A stretch of 64,000 nucleotides of DNA from Chloroflexota bacterium (GTDB taxonomy: Bacteria; Chloroflexota; UBA11872; VXNJ01): contig OZ242360.1 in the NCBI GenBank assembly GCA_965208775.1, forward strand, positions 2,676,699 to 2,740,698, given 5' to 3'. The translations under genes were made by a program, and so were the position numbers. Shown here in pieces: positions 45,896 to 55,617 of the stretch; position 1 is the stretch's first letter; each line of letters begins with the position of its first letter. The notes under the pieces were generated by a model. The model was not told where the DNA came from and searched no databases. It saw only the letters and a list, made by a program, of their open reading frames with translations.

Positions 45896-47184
45896 TTGGC
45901 AACTCCTTGTTTCTCGAATTGATTTGCGTCGTTCTGCAGGGAAGCCGTATCGCCCGTAAACGCCTCCCACCGCCGGACCGCCACGTCCACGTAAGCCGGT
46001 TCCTGCTCGATCGCGTAGCAGATGCGGCCCGTGCGCTCGGCCGCGATGATCTGGGTGCCCGACCCTGAGAACGGCTCATAGACGATGTCTCCCGGCTCCG
46101 TGTGGTACTCGATCGGGCGGATGAATAACTCCACCGGCTTCTGTGTCGGGTGGACCCCGAAGCTCTCGAAACGCTGGTCGACGTTCCAGATGGTCGAGAC
46201 ATTGCTGGGAGGCTTACGCTTGGGCATCTTGCCCTCCACCCACCCGACAAAGCACGGCTCGTGTCTCCAGAGATAGAAAGAGTGGGTCAGGACGCCCCGG
46301 GCCTTACACCAGATGATCTGCTGATGGACAAGAAGCCCGGCCTTGATCCAGGCCTCCTCGACCAGCGCCTGCCTGCGATGGGCATGCCATTGATAGACAG
46401 CGGAGTGAGACGCGAGGTGCGCCAATCCTGCAGAGAGAAACTTGAAGTAGAACTCCACCGACGACTCGGGATCGTGGTAGTCGTCCCAGTGCTTATCTCG
46501 GTTCGGATCGCCTTTGTTCGACCTGCTGGCGGGGTGACTTCCGCCCCGATAATCGACGAGATACGGCGGGTCCGTCGCCATGAGTGAGGCCCGCTCGTCT
46601 CCGAACAGGCGGCCCACGTCGGCCAAGTCGGTCGAATCGCCGCAGAGCAAGCGATGGTCGCCCAATTTCCATATGTCGCCGGGTTGCGCCACAGTGTCCG
46701 CCTTTGCGGCGGCCAGGGCGGCCTCTGGATCGAAGTGCTCGATGCGCTCGCGCTTGTCCTGGGCGTCCAGCGACCTGAGCAGCTTCGCAACCTCGTCATC
46801 GTCGAAGCCGGAGAGCGAGACGTCGATATCGGGAGTAGCGTCCAGCTCCGACAACAGTCGGGCAAGCAGTTCCTCGTCCCACGAGCCGGAAATCTTGTTG
46901 AGGGCCAGATTCAACAACCGGGCCTGCTCGGCCGACAAGTCCACAAAGATCACCGGCACGGAGGCGAGACCGAGACGACGGGCCGCGAGTAATCGCTGGT
47001 GACCTCCGATGACCGTCTTGTCCTCGCGGCGTGCGATGACCGGATCGACGAACCCGAACCTGCGCATTGATCGAGTCAAAGAGTCCAGCTCCGAGTCTGA
47101 TATGCGCCTGGGGTTGGCGGGATCCGGGCGCAGGTCGTCGATGGGCATGTGGACAACGGAAAGCTTGCGGTCAGTGGTCGACAT
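45886..47184 (-). CDS. ParB-like N-terminal domain fused to a beta-class N6A/N4C DNA methyltransferase
   Basis: ParB-N: PIDDLRPDPANPRRISDSELDSLTRSMRRFGFVDPVIAR...IGGHQRLLAARRLG. MTase: DPPY (LMATDPPYLV) precedes the AdoMet motif EPFSGSGTQIIAAERTGR, i.e. the beta-class permutation. Confidence 0.85.
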   Translation of the reverse strand: MSTTDRKLSVVHMPIDDLRPDPANPRRISDSELDSLTRSMRRFGFVDPVIARREDKTVIGGHQRLLAARRLGLASVPVIFVDLSAEQARLLNLALNKISGSWDEELLARLLSELDATPDIDVSLSGFDDDEVAKLLRSLDAQDKRERIEHFDPEAALAAAKADTVAQPGDIWKLGDHRLLCGDSTDLADVGRLFGDERASLMATDPPYLVDYRGGSHPASRSNKGDPNRDKHWDDYHDPESSVEFYFKFLSAGLAHLASHSAVYQWHAHRRQALVEEAWIKAGLLVHQQIIWCKARGVLTHSFYLWRHEPCFVGWVEGKMPKRKPPSNVSTIWNVDQRFESFGVHPTQKPVELFIRPIEYHTEPGDIVYEPFSGSGTQIIAAERTGRICYAIEQEPAYVDVAVRRWEAFTGDTASLQNDANQFEKQGVAKCS

Positions 47185-48066
47185 TTTGAATCTCCTCTAG
47201 TTGGTAGCCAGAGCGTCGAACGAAATGTACGAGGTCGATGTGGCAATGATAGAGCAACTTCGTGTCACTCGCTGCGTAAAAGATGTCGTATTGCGGTACC
47301 GAGATGCTATTTTGAGTCCTCAGGTGGGGACCACATGCCGCTCGCCGGATCTTCGCAATGGACTTCCCCCGCACGGCTGATTCCGATGCGTGATTCTGGG
47401 AGGGGTCGCTACCAAGGCAGTGCCAGGCTAGATCGAACCTGTCGACACAAGTTTGACGGCCGCGTCCCGGGGAGTCGTGATGGACGGTTACTGGCGGCCG
47501 CCGTGCCCGCGTAGAACATGCCGCGAACCGTCTTGTCAACTTGGTAGGGCAGAATCGGCGTCAAGAAGGGGAAACGACATCAGCCGACCGTTAAGAATCA
47601 GTCTGGCGATGAGACTCTCAAGGGGCGGGATGAGCTCAGCTGATCATGTATTGTTCGCCTGGTGGGTTGTTGTGCCATTGTTGAAACAGAATCGCTCCGG
47701 CGAGGACTGCGGCAGTCAGCGAGTCAATGTCAAGGCTTCAAACGTTGGCCGCAGAGCGGGTCGGTTGCTCCGTCAGTAGCGCAAGAACCGCAAGCCACAG
47801 ATCAGGTTTACAGCTGTCGGCTGTGGATCGATCGCAGTTGCTCAAGCGCGACGTACGCACGCTGCTTGGAGAGGCCGGGCACCCCCGGTGTGCTCCATGT
47901 GCTGAGCGTTACGTGTGGGGTTGACAAATCTTGGTAAACCGGCTGTTTCGGAATCCAGATATCGAGGATGACGGCGGGCGGCGTCCGGCTGCCGAGCCGA
48001 CCGTTTCACCGGCGGAGTGCAACGGGTGCGGTGCAACGTCCTTGCGAAGTCGGAAAGTAGCCTCAA

Positions 48067-48732
48067 TCACATCAGCGCGACGCGGTAAGAAGACAGGATC
48101 TCCTCCACGTAGAGGCGTCCCGCGCCGGAATCGAGATTGCGGTCTGCCGCCGGCACCGGCAGACCGTCGGTGACCTCCTTGAAGCAGCCGTCGGGGCAGC
48201 GGTCCGCAAAAAAGACATATGCGAAACCGTCCGGCTCCCGATGGGATCGCCACGTCAGGCCGGCCGCCGACGGAGCCCACGTGCGGATGGCCGAAGACCA
48301 GCGTCGTGTCATGGCGTAGTCGGCGGCGGGCGCGGTCGTCAGCCAGGAGTCTTGTCCCAGCGCGGCCAAATCCACGCCCGACCGGAGACTGACGAGTTCG
48401 AGCTCCAGAGTCGTCGCGAGACAGCTGATTCGCAGATCCGAAAGTCTGATGCTTGGAAGCAGGCGTGCACCGTAGTCGTCGAACGGGAGGTCACGGAGCA
48501 AGACCTCTGCGACGGCCGTCGGATCGCTGTCGGCCGCGTAGAGAAATGCGTACTCATCGCCGGGCGTCGAATCGAACCGGCCACCTTGCAGATCGCTTCG
48601 AGCCACCGTCGGATTGAAGTCGACGACGTCGAAGGCGGCGCTATGGATGCGGGTAAGCCTGGTACCTGCCGGCAGAACGTAGAGGCGTGGGACTCCCCGG
48701 TAGCGTGGCGGGGGAGCTTGATACGGCGGCAA
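48067..48732 (-). CDS. RES-domain toxin
   Basis: GGRFDS (Arg), LYAADSDPTAVAEVLL (Glu), GLTWRSHREPDGFAYVFF (Ser) in the usual RES order. Confidence 0.75.
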   Translation of the reverse strand: MPPYQAPPPRYRGVPRLYVLPAGTRLTRIHSAAFDVVDFNPTVARSDLQGGRFDSTPGDEYAFLYAADSDPTAVAEVLLRDLPFDDYGARLLPSIRLSDLRISCLATTLELELVSLRSGVDLAALGQDSWLTTAPAADYAMTRRWSSAIRTWAPSAAGLTWRSHREPDGFAYVFFADRCPDGCFKEVTDGLPVPAADRNLDSGAGRLYVEEILSSYRVALM

Positions 48733-48738
48733 GCCCGC

Positions 48739-49455
48739 TTACCCGACCGGTTCGACGACGGCCTCGGCGACGTTGACGAGGTCGTCCGCACGGCCGGTCC
48801 CGACTAGGTCGACGGGGCGGGCATTGAGGCGCGCGTGCCGGGATACCCACCAGGATGCTACGCCCCAGGGATCGCTCACAGCTGAGAGACGTTGGTTGAC
48901 CGCCCGCACCTCGGGAAAGGTGTTACGTCGTTCGGGGTCGAACTGGAACGCGGGGTATACAAACCCCCGGCCGGATGGCAGACCGAGCAGCCAGGAACGT
49001 TCGCGATACTGCCTGACTTTCTCTCGATTCGTGCGTTTTGCGCCGAGCGCTACTGCAGCGTTTCTCGACTCGAGCATAGGCTCGCGCCAAATCGTCTGGA
49101 TGGCCTCGCCTCGGGTCATCGCCTGGTCCATGGTGGTAAGTCCGGTCTCATGGAGCACGCGATGGGGCTCGCCCCCGAGTTGCCTGGCGAGATCGGTTCG
49201 CAGTGCGACCAGCGTCAGCCAGCTGCGGAGCTGGGACTCGTGGCCCTCCAAGGCCTGGTGGCGTGCGGCGAGCGAGGCCGCGGCATCGAGCAGGTCGGGG
49301 TCGCGTAGCGGCAGTTGACCTATGAGTCGCAGCAGCAGTGCGCCGGCGTCGCAATCTCGGCGTGAGACGAAGAACAGGAGCGCTTCCTCGAGCTCCTGAT
49401 CGTCAAACTCCTGCTCCAGCTCCAGGATTCGTCTGTCCAGTTCGCGCTGACTCAC
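48739..49455 (-). CDS. Xre/MbcA/ParS-type antitoxin (DUF2384-like C-terminus) for the RES toxin
   Basis: Lies 6 nt upstream of the RES gene. The C-terminal ...SDPWGVASWWVSRHARLNARPVDLVGTGRADDLVNVAEAV resembles the toxin-binding domain of RES antitoxins. Confidence 0.6.
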   Translation of the reverse strand: MSQRELDRRILELEQEFDDQELEEALLFFVSRRDCDAGALLLRLIGQLPLRDPDLLDAAASLAARHQALEGHESQLRSWLTLVALRTDLARQLGGEPHRVLHETGLTTMDQAMTRGEAIQTIWREPMLESRNAAVALGAKRTNREKVRQYRERSWLLGLPSGRGFVYPAFQFDPERRNTFPEVRAVNQRLSAVSDPWGVASWWVSRHARLNARPVDLVGTGRADDLVNVAEAVVEPVG

Positions 49456-49614
49456 GATGACATCCCCTGCACTGACAGTGGCACAGCAATCTTATCATCG
49501 TCACGATTGTCAACCTCATCAAGTTGTCATATATCGACTGGAGAGATCCAAGGGGCAATTGGTGGGGCGTCTGGTGTGGTCGAGCCGGGTCATCGAGACG
49601 GTCTCGGAAGTACT

Positions 49615-49785
49615 GGTCCAGCTAGCGATAAACGCTTGTTTGGAGGCTAGCAAATCATTTACGAACACTACCCTCGGTAGCAATCGGGATTTGGTAGTGA
49701 ATGTTGGTCAGGATCGGACGAGAACCGGGCCAGATCTAGCGCCGTTCTGCCGGCAGGGGAGGCACACGAGCGGAGTCAGGGGCCA
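49615..49785 (+). repeat. copy A of a ~170-nt paralogous non-coding element
   Basis: Aligns with 56845-57015. Shared blocks are gtccagctagcga.aaacgc, ctagcaa, ggtagtgaatg.t.gtc.ggatcggacgaga and cgccgttctgccggcaggggaggc.cacgagcgg.gtc.gg. Confidence 0.7.
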
Positions 49786-50195
49786 GTGAAATCCGTGAGT
49801 CGAAAGCTGTGCTGATTATGAGCATGCGCCCAGGTTCGCACGTGTCGGAGTTCGTTAGCGCGATGTGGCGACAGCGCGGTGAAGTCCACCGCTGCCCGGC
49901 TACGCCACCATTGCCCGCCTTGCGCTACTTCTCGCCCGTAAGCCTGAAGACGAGGCCGTTCATGATGAGCACCGACGGGATGAAGGCGAGCACAGTCACA
50001 AAGGACGCCCCCATTTGTCGACGTTGTAGGTCAGGCCCTGCCGTACCGCTATAGTCATGCTCGCAAACGTCCACACAAAGGTAAGCAGCACGATCAGCAT
50101 TCCAATGGGACTTACGTTTCAATATAAACACAAGCGCCCGATCTTACGCTTGACTTGAAATCCGCCTTTCGTCCGCTGGCGCTCACTTTCTTAGC

Positions 50196-50471
50196 CTATT
50201 CTTCCCCCTCAATCTTCCGAAGAATCCTCTGTAGTTCGGAGACTTCGGCTTTGGTAAGCATGGATAGATCCGGCTTACGCAGCTCTTTGCCATCTTCCCT
50301 CGTCCATGCGATCCATTCCTCGACCCTAAATCGGGCAATTGCGTTACCGTCACGCTTGAAGGTCAAGTCTCCACTTCCGGGATTCTGATTGTCGGCCTCT
50401 ATCTCAATAGGGGCTTCACGGTCCTTAAGGTAGACCCGGTAGGTGTACAGTTGAGTTTCTTCTCCGGCCAT
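50196..50471 (-). CDS. hypothetical protein (91 aa)
   Basis: Clean ORF with balanced composition (MAGEETQLYTYRVYLKDREAPIEIEADNQ...). No domain recognised. Confidence 0.4.
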   Translation of the reverse strand: MAGEETQLYTYRVYLKDREAPIEIEADNQNPGSGDLTFKRDGNAIARFRVEEWIAWTREDGKELRKPDLSMLTKAEVSELQRILRKIEGEE

Positions 50472-50915
50472 CCGGTTCCTCCTGAACCCGTAGGCTCCCG
50501 CTCGAAAGGGCCGGCGGAGCGGGTATACCGATCAGTTGGGGCGGGGACAGCCGTGAAATGCCCCCCATCAGTCACGGCTGCCCCCTCGTCATATGTTCGT
50601 CGGAATCCTCAAGCTAGCTCGCGGCACCATGTGGCATCACCACCGTTCGCCTGCTACACTCCACGCGAGTGGCTAAGCCCGTGCGATAGGGGCCACAAAA
50701 ACGACGAGCGAGTCGCAATCGCTCTGAGGGCATTGTAGCAGCCGGTTCGTAGAAACTGGCTGCTTCTGCTTTCTGGACCTACAGCATCTAGCGACCGCGC
50801 TACCTGCCATACGAGATATTGTGGGGCGTTGGTCTCACCGCGCGACCAAACATCCCCGTCAACTAGATAGCTTCGCCCCGTTTGTTGATTATCATTTCAT
50901 AAATGAGGCGGAACG

Positions 50916-51881
50916 ATGGCACGCAAGGCACCGGAAAAGTGCCACCGCAAGGGCATGTCGCTTGAGGACCTGTTCGACCGGTTTCCCGACGATGCCGCTG
51001 CCGGGAAGTGGTTCGTTGAAGCCCGCTGGCCGGACGGGATCCGCTGTGCTCACTGCGAAGGCTCGAACGTAGCCCGCTCCACGCACCCGACGATGCCAAA
51101 TCACTGCCGCGACTGCCGGAAGTTCTTCTCGGCCAAAACGAAGACGGTCATGCACTCTTCGAAGATCGGCTACCGCAAATGGACATTGGCGATCTACATC
51201 CTGACGACCAACATCAAAGGCGAGTCCAGCGTCAAGCTACGCCGCGATGTCGGCCTGAAGACCCAGCGGGCCGCGTGACACTTGGCCCACCGAATTCGCA
51301 AAGCTTGGCAGTCCGAAGGCGGCATGTTCGCTGGCCCGTTCGAGGCCGATGAATTGTTCGTGGGAGGTAAGGAACGCAACAAGCACGTCGGTCAGTCGGT
51401 AAGCGGCTGAACGCCGGACGTGGCACAGTCGGCAAAACGGCCGTCGCGGGCGTGAAGGATCGCCCTACGAACCGCATAGCGGCCAAACCCGTGGACGCCA
51501 CGGACGCTACAGGGATTTGTCGTAGAGCCAACAGAACCGACGGCAACCGTCTACACGGAAGGCGCTCGCGCGTACGATGGACTGCCAAAACTCCGCGAAG
51601 CCGTACGACACAGCGTCGGAGAGTACGTGCGCGAGATGGCCCACACGAATGGGATTGAGTCCTTGTGGGCAATGTTCAAGCGTGGCTACGTCGGCACGTT
51701 CCACAAGCTGAGCGAGAAGCACTTGGACCGCTACGTAGCCGAATTCGCCGGTCGGCACAATCAGCGCCCGCTCGACACGATTGACCAAATGACCGCGATG
51801 GTTCGCGGCATGGACGGCAAGCGGCTCCGCTACGTAGACCTCATAGGACCGCCGGAGAGGCGACAGCCCAAGATGTTGTAG
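50916..51881 (+). pseudogene. IS1595-family transposase with internal stop and frameshifts
   Basis: N-terminal Zn ribbon CAHCEGSNV...HCRDCRKFFSAKTKTVMHSSKIGYRKWTLAIY. The frame is lost after 51278. The C-terminal part HTNGIESLWAMFKRGYVGTFHKLSEKHLDRYVAEFAGRHN...GKRLRYVDLI is in another frame (51627..51881). Confidence 0.8.
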
Positions 51882-51923
51882 GCGGGCATTGCCACAACAC
51901 CATATGCTGTAGCCCGGACGCAA

Positions 51924-51987
51924 AACACGCTAGCCCGAATCGGGCTAGCGTGTTAATTTCTTTACAGAGGCGTCGCAAGCGCCTCTG
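51924..51987 (+). terminator. two consecutive perfect hairpins after the IS1595 remnant
   Basis: AACACGCTAGCCCG-aat-CGGGCTAGCGTGTT (14-bp stem, 51924-51954), followed by aatttcttt. CAGAGGCG-tcgcaag-CGCCTCTG (51965-51987). The T-tract is weak, so they may instead be IS-end or REP-like structures. Confidence 0.4.
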
Positions 51988-52083
51988 AACATCTTGGCTT
52001 CATGCGAAGGAAACCACAACAGGCCGGATTTTATCGGCCCTCCGCGCGGAGCCGCAAGTCCGCACGAGCGGAGGGAGGACGTC

Positions 52084-52254
52084 ATGAAAGACGCCTACGA
52101 ATCTCAGGATCCAAAGGCCGAGGTCCCGAAAGTCGACCGTGACCAGAAGGATCCGGAAAAGACGATCCATGTGCCGGCGCACTGGCGACGACCGCCGCGT
52201 CGGGGAGCGAAGGCGACACCACCGAAGCGATTCAGAGTTCGCCTGCACGGCTAA
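52084..52254 (+). CDS. small basic hypothetical protein (56 aa)
   Basis: GGAGGGAGG RBS just upstream of the ATG at 52084. MKDAYESQDPKAEVPKVDRDQKDPEKTIHVPAHWRRPPRRGAKATPPKRFRVRLHG. Confidence 0.4.
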   Translation: MKDAYESQDPKAEVPKVDRDQKDPEKTIHVPAHWRRPPRRGAKATPPKRFRVRLHG

Positions 52255-52330
52255 GCGAGTTCGCCTACAAGAACGGGAGGTAACAACCATCTATTTCGAC
52301 GATGTAGCGTTCGCAAGGTTGCGAGAAACG

Positions 52331-52765
52331 ATGCGCCAGGTGGCCATTGCCCAAAAGGCTGCTGCGATACATTTTGAGCAAATACGTCGATTCCAGGAGC
52401 TGCATGCCGGTACGGTCAGAGAAGCCGTCGAGACCGTCTCAAGAGCGATAGATTCGAAGGGACTGTCGCTCACTCTTGAGCGACTCGGTAACGTTGCGAC
52501 ACCAGTGAACAAGCAACTCATGAACGCGGAAGTAGCGAAGGCCTCGCAACAACTAGCCATCGCGGCGGCATCGAGGCAGCATGCCGCTCCAATTTGCTAT
52601 GCGCCATCACCCGATCGCCAAAGGAGACTCGCCGATCTAGAACGCCGTATCGATCAGTTGGAACGAAAAGAGTCTGCGGCTCCAAATCGAGGTTCTAGCT
52701 CGCCCAGAGGCCCCGGGAAGCAACGGCGAATCGGATTTCTAGCAGACCGGAGCGAGGATGACTGA
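52331..52765 (+). CDS. hypothetical coiled-coil protein
   Basis: Trimmed to MRQVAIAQKAAAIHFEQIRRFQELH. The upstream part of the track ORF is Arg-rich junk overlapping the previous gene. The start is uncertain. Confidence 0.35.
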   Translation: MRQVAIAQKAAAIHFEQIRRFQELHAGTVREAVETVSRAIDSKGLSLTLERLGNVATPVNKQLMNAEVAKASQQLAIAAASRQHAAPICYAPSPDRQRRLADLERRIDQLERKESAAPNRGSSSPRGPGKQRRIGFLADRSEDD

Positions 52766-52773
52766 GTTCGGCC

Positions 52774-53010
52774 GTGCGCCTCTTGAGAAGCGGGACGGCA
52801 GTCATGGGTGATAAAGAGGAAGAGCATGAGGGTGTGCGTTGGCGACCCAACGTCTTGTTGCTCATGCTCCTGGCCTACGGCTCGGTGATAGGCCTTTTCG
52901 TAGGGCTGGTGCTATCGGGGCTAGGGGCGATGGAAGCGTATAACCTAGTCAGCGTTCCGTTCGTGGCCTTGATCGGCGGGACGCTTGCGGTAGTCAAAGA
53001 CCTGCTCTAG
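52774..53010 (+). CDS. small two-TM membrane protein
   Basis: NVLLLMLLAYGSVIGLFVGLVLSGLGA and VSVPFVALIGGTLAVV helices. Confidence 0.4.
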   Translation: MRLLRSGTAVMGDKEEEHEGVRWRPNVLLLMLLAYGSVIGLFVGLVLSGLGAMEAYNLVSVPFVALIGGTLAVVKDLL

Positions 53011-53076
53011 CCCCAACAGACCTTCACTACAAATGCAAGGGAACTATATACGTGTGTACCCCAAGGGGCGGGGAGG

Positions 53077-53313
53077 CTAGTCTTGGCTAAAGCATTTCGG
53101 GCATTTGTAGAGATATCGTGCCTCAGCGCGGTTTGCGTAGGCGACAAGAAATCCGAAGGAGATATCGTTGTCACATTGCACCCTGACTCGCCGTCCATGG
53201 TCGCTGCTTTCGCAAACCGCTAAATGCAAACTGTCTTTGCTACTTGGAGCGATGGATTTAACGTAGCGCCCGGCTAGCCTAACTTTCACGCCTTCGTTTA
53301 GTTTGATTTCCAT
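53077..53313 (-). CDS. hypothetical protein (78 aa)
   Basis: GGGGAG RBS upstream. Ends with a CPKC pair. Last gene of a small same-strand cluster. Confidence 0.45.
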   Translation of the reverse strand: MEIKLNEGVKVRLAGRYVKSIAPSSKDSLHLAVCESSDHGRRVRVQCDNDISFGFLVAYANRAEARYLYKCPKCFSQD

Positions 53314-53319
53314 ACTCCC

Positions 53320-53580
53320 CTATCCCCCCAGAACTTTGCGATGCTGAATGACGCGATTGAAAATTAGGTTACTCAAGCCGCTGGTCGCCATCATTAACTC
53401 AAGCATGTTCGTCTTGCGCTGATTAATTTCATCGTCCACGTTACTCCGCAAGGCTCCTTGAATCTGGTCGGGAAGAGGATCGGGCAGCTCTTTGATGATT
53501 TCCGGCAGCACAAGACAGACGGCATCAATGGCAGTTTCCAGATCGGCAATTCGTTCGTCAGCGTCATCGCTAGCGGCCAT
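53320..53580 (-). CDS. hypothetical helical protein (86 aa)
   Basis: Start trimmed to MAASDDADERIADLE, with a GGGAGAA RBS upstream. Confidence 0.45.
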   Translation of the reverse strand: MAASDDADERIADLETAIDAVCLVLPEIIKELPDPLPDQIQGALRSNVDDEINQRKTNMLELMMATSGLSNLIFNRVIQHRKVLGG

Positions 53581-53623
53581 TAGGTTTCTCCCTTGCTCGA
53601 TCCCAAGACGGAGCCGCCGTCGG

Positions 53624-53923
53624 TTACGGCGCGATCCCGTCAGACAAGCCATTGCGGACTAGATGGCTCTTAAGCTGATCCTTTTGGCTTAGACAGTCCT
53701 TTAGACAGTTAATGTCGTCAAGGACGGACTGTAGCTTGCCTAAGTCTTCCGCGTTGCGATTCGTAACCTTTAGAAACCGGGAATGCTCTAGGTCATCCAA
53801 AGTTTCCGCTACAAGTTCAAGCGCGTTTGTCGCCTGTCTTATCCTCTCGCACAGGTCTTTGATTTGACGCTCGTTCTTGCTGTAATCCTGCAACCAGCGG
53901 CCTACCTGGGCATCGTTCGGCAT
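53624..53923 (-). CDS. hypothetical coiled-coil protein (99 aa)
   Basis: GGGAGGAAG RBS directly upstream of the ATG at 53923. Helical, heptad-like sequence. Confidence 0.5.
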   Translation of the reverse strand: MPNDAQVGRWLQDYSKNERQIKDLCERIRQATNALELVAETLDDLEHSRFLKVTNRNAEDLGKLQSVLDDINCLKDCLSQKDQLKSHLVRNGLSDGIAP

Positions 53924-54072
53924 AGCTTCCTCCCTTACCCGACCTGTCGCCGCTTGTAGAATGTTTGAGACCGGAGCCGTTTTTGCGGTCCGACTCCGGT
54001 CTCAATAGCGGCAGTAGTCTTGCACACAAAAATGTACCGTCTCGTATACCGCCGTGCAAGGCAGGCGCGGGA

Positions 54073-54561
54073 CTAGCGATCCAAATAGTCCACAAAGCGC
54101 CAAGGCGGTCGGCGCGGCTTCCTGCCCAATTGCCTGCCAATCCAGTACCAAGCGCGTTCGGATAGGAGCCTGCGGTTGGCAAGCCAGTCCGTCGCACGTA
54201 GAAGCCGGGTCCGCCGGGTGGGGCGGGAGCGCAACGTAATCTTGACCAGTCTTCGCCGGGCGTCGTAGTCAACATCGTTGTTCACCTTGCGCACGAGCGG
54301 GAGCACACGGTCAATCTCGCATTCTACGAAGGCATTCTCGCGAGACTGTTCTGCATCACGAGCACGCTTGACGATCCGGTGCGCTGGGTTGAAGAATCCG
54401 CGAATCTCGTCAAACCAGTACACAGGAGCGATAAGCAGACAAGCGATCAGGACGTAGATCGTTGTGCGTGCCCAGAGAGGGACGAATTCCGTAGTCTCGC
54501 CAATAAGCGCAGTGCCGACCTGGATCACGATGAGAATTCCAAAACCGACAGTCTTCCGCAT
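54073..54561 (-). CDS. hypothetical membrane-anchored protein
   Basis: Two N-terminal TM helices, then a basic soluble tail. Confidence 0.45.
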   Translation of the reverse strand: MRKTVGFGILIVIQVGTALIGETTEFVPLWARTTIYVLIACLLIAPVYWFDEIRGFFNPAHRIVKRARDAEQSRENAFVECEIDRVLPLVRKVNNDVDYDARRRLVKITLRSRPTRRTRLLRATDWLANRRLLSERAWYWIGRQLGRKPRRPPWRFVDYLDR

Positions 54562-54632
54562 CCGCGCATCGTAGCAGTAAGATTGGTCGGCATTGCCGAC
54601 GCCGTTTCAGCGGTCACGGTGTACACAGGTAT

Positions 54633-55005
54633 CTAATTCCCTTTTTTGAGACGTAGGTCCCATTCCAATACCGGTATGAAGCTGATCACTTCGAGCAGCG
54701 CCGGCGTCTGCGCGAATCCCGTGCCGCGAGCCAGTTGTCCCCAATCGGCTTCGGTCTCTTCCGTCCTCGAAATCGTCGCGCCGATCAGCCATGTGAACGC
54801 CGCCCAACTCACCACTCCACGTATGTTGCCCAGGACGAGTACCCTCACCACGTCGACTTCCTCACCAGCCAGCATCTGGCCAACAAAGCTGGCAATCGTG
54901 ACGAGCACCACGACGATCAGCGCCTGTCCGGTAGCGCCCCGATCTCTCTAGCTCGTCATAGGTGTCTGCACTCAAGCGGGCGGCGCCCAGCATCCTGTCT
55001 AGCAT
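54633..55005 (-). pseudogene. Yip1-family membrane protein, frameshifted
   Basis: MLDRMLGAARLSADTYDELER (frame of 54862..55176) continues in another frame as ...LVTIASFVGQMLAGEEVDVVRVLVLGNIRGVVSWAAFTWLIG (54633..54911). Confidence 0.45.
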
Positions 55006-55302
55006 TGAGTCTCTCCACGTAGGAATGCATGTGGCTGGCCGCGATCCGCTAAGTGACCTGTACCAGGTCCCGAATCCCCGGCTGTCTTTTTCCCGCCGGC
55101 GTCCCGAAGAACTTCGCCCCAAATGCTCCGGCGGTTGTTCGTTGAGCCACGAAACTGACTTTCCAGTTGGTACCAAAATGAGGGCAAGTCCGCATCCCGG
55201 TTTCCTACAGCCCTCCTGGCCCCATTCTCGGGGCCGCGGTCGTAGAGGCAGTGTATTGTCGTTCTACGCCGTGCGGCGGTATACTTTACGGAACGGTATC
55301 TG

Positions 55303-55617
55303 GTGATGGAGACCGGTGTGCGGCGATTCACCGATGAGGATGGGGTCGAGGTTCGGCTCACCGACGAGCGGCTCAGGCACATCTTGCGAAGGCACCCTGA
55401 GATGGCCTTCCAATTGCACCGATTCGCCGAGACCCTCGCCAGCCCGGACGCGGTAAGTCCCTCTAGGTCCAGCCCGGCGGTCCAACTCTACTACCGGCTC
55501 TACCAGGATCTGCGAGGCAGGAATCGCTACATCTGCCTCGTGGTGAAGAGAGAGACAGGCTACTCCTTCATCCTTACCGCCTATCTCGACCGGAGAATCA
55601 AAGGAGAGCTGCCATGA
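55303..55617 (+). CDS. RelE-fold/PBECR- or DUF4258-like putative toxin
   Basis: VRLTDERLRHILRRHPEMAFQLHRFAETLASPDAV...YICLVVKRETGYSFILTAYL follows the HI..RHPE...I..TL..PD pattern. The ATGA overlap with the next gene suggests coupling. Confidence 0.5.
   Translation: MMETGVRRFTDEDGVEVRLTDERLRHILRRHPEMAFQLHRFAETLASPDAVSPSRSSPAVQLYYRLYQDLRGRNRYICLVVKRETGYSFILTAYLDRRIKGELP

Noticed and set aside
43722-47184. The methyltransferase operon as part of an intact prophage (terminase small and large subunits downstream of a ParB-MTase).
   Set aside because: The 569-aa protein lacks a terminase Walker A/nuclease pattern. No portal, capsid, tail or lysis genes occur in the surrounding 20 kb. I kept it as an open candidate instead.
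24090-51881. The two IS1595-family remnants as ends of a ~27-kb composite transposon.
   Set aside because: The copies are only moderately similar at the protein level. They are inverted relative to each other, both are pseudogenes, and I saw no matching terminal repeats.
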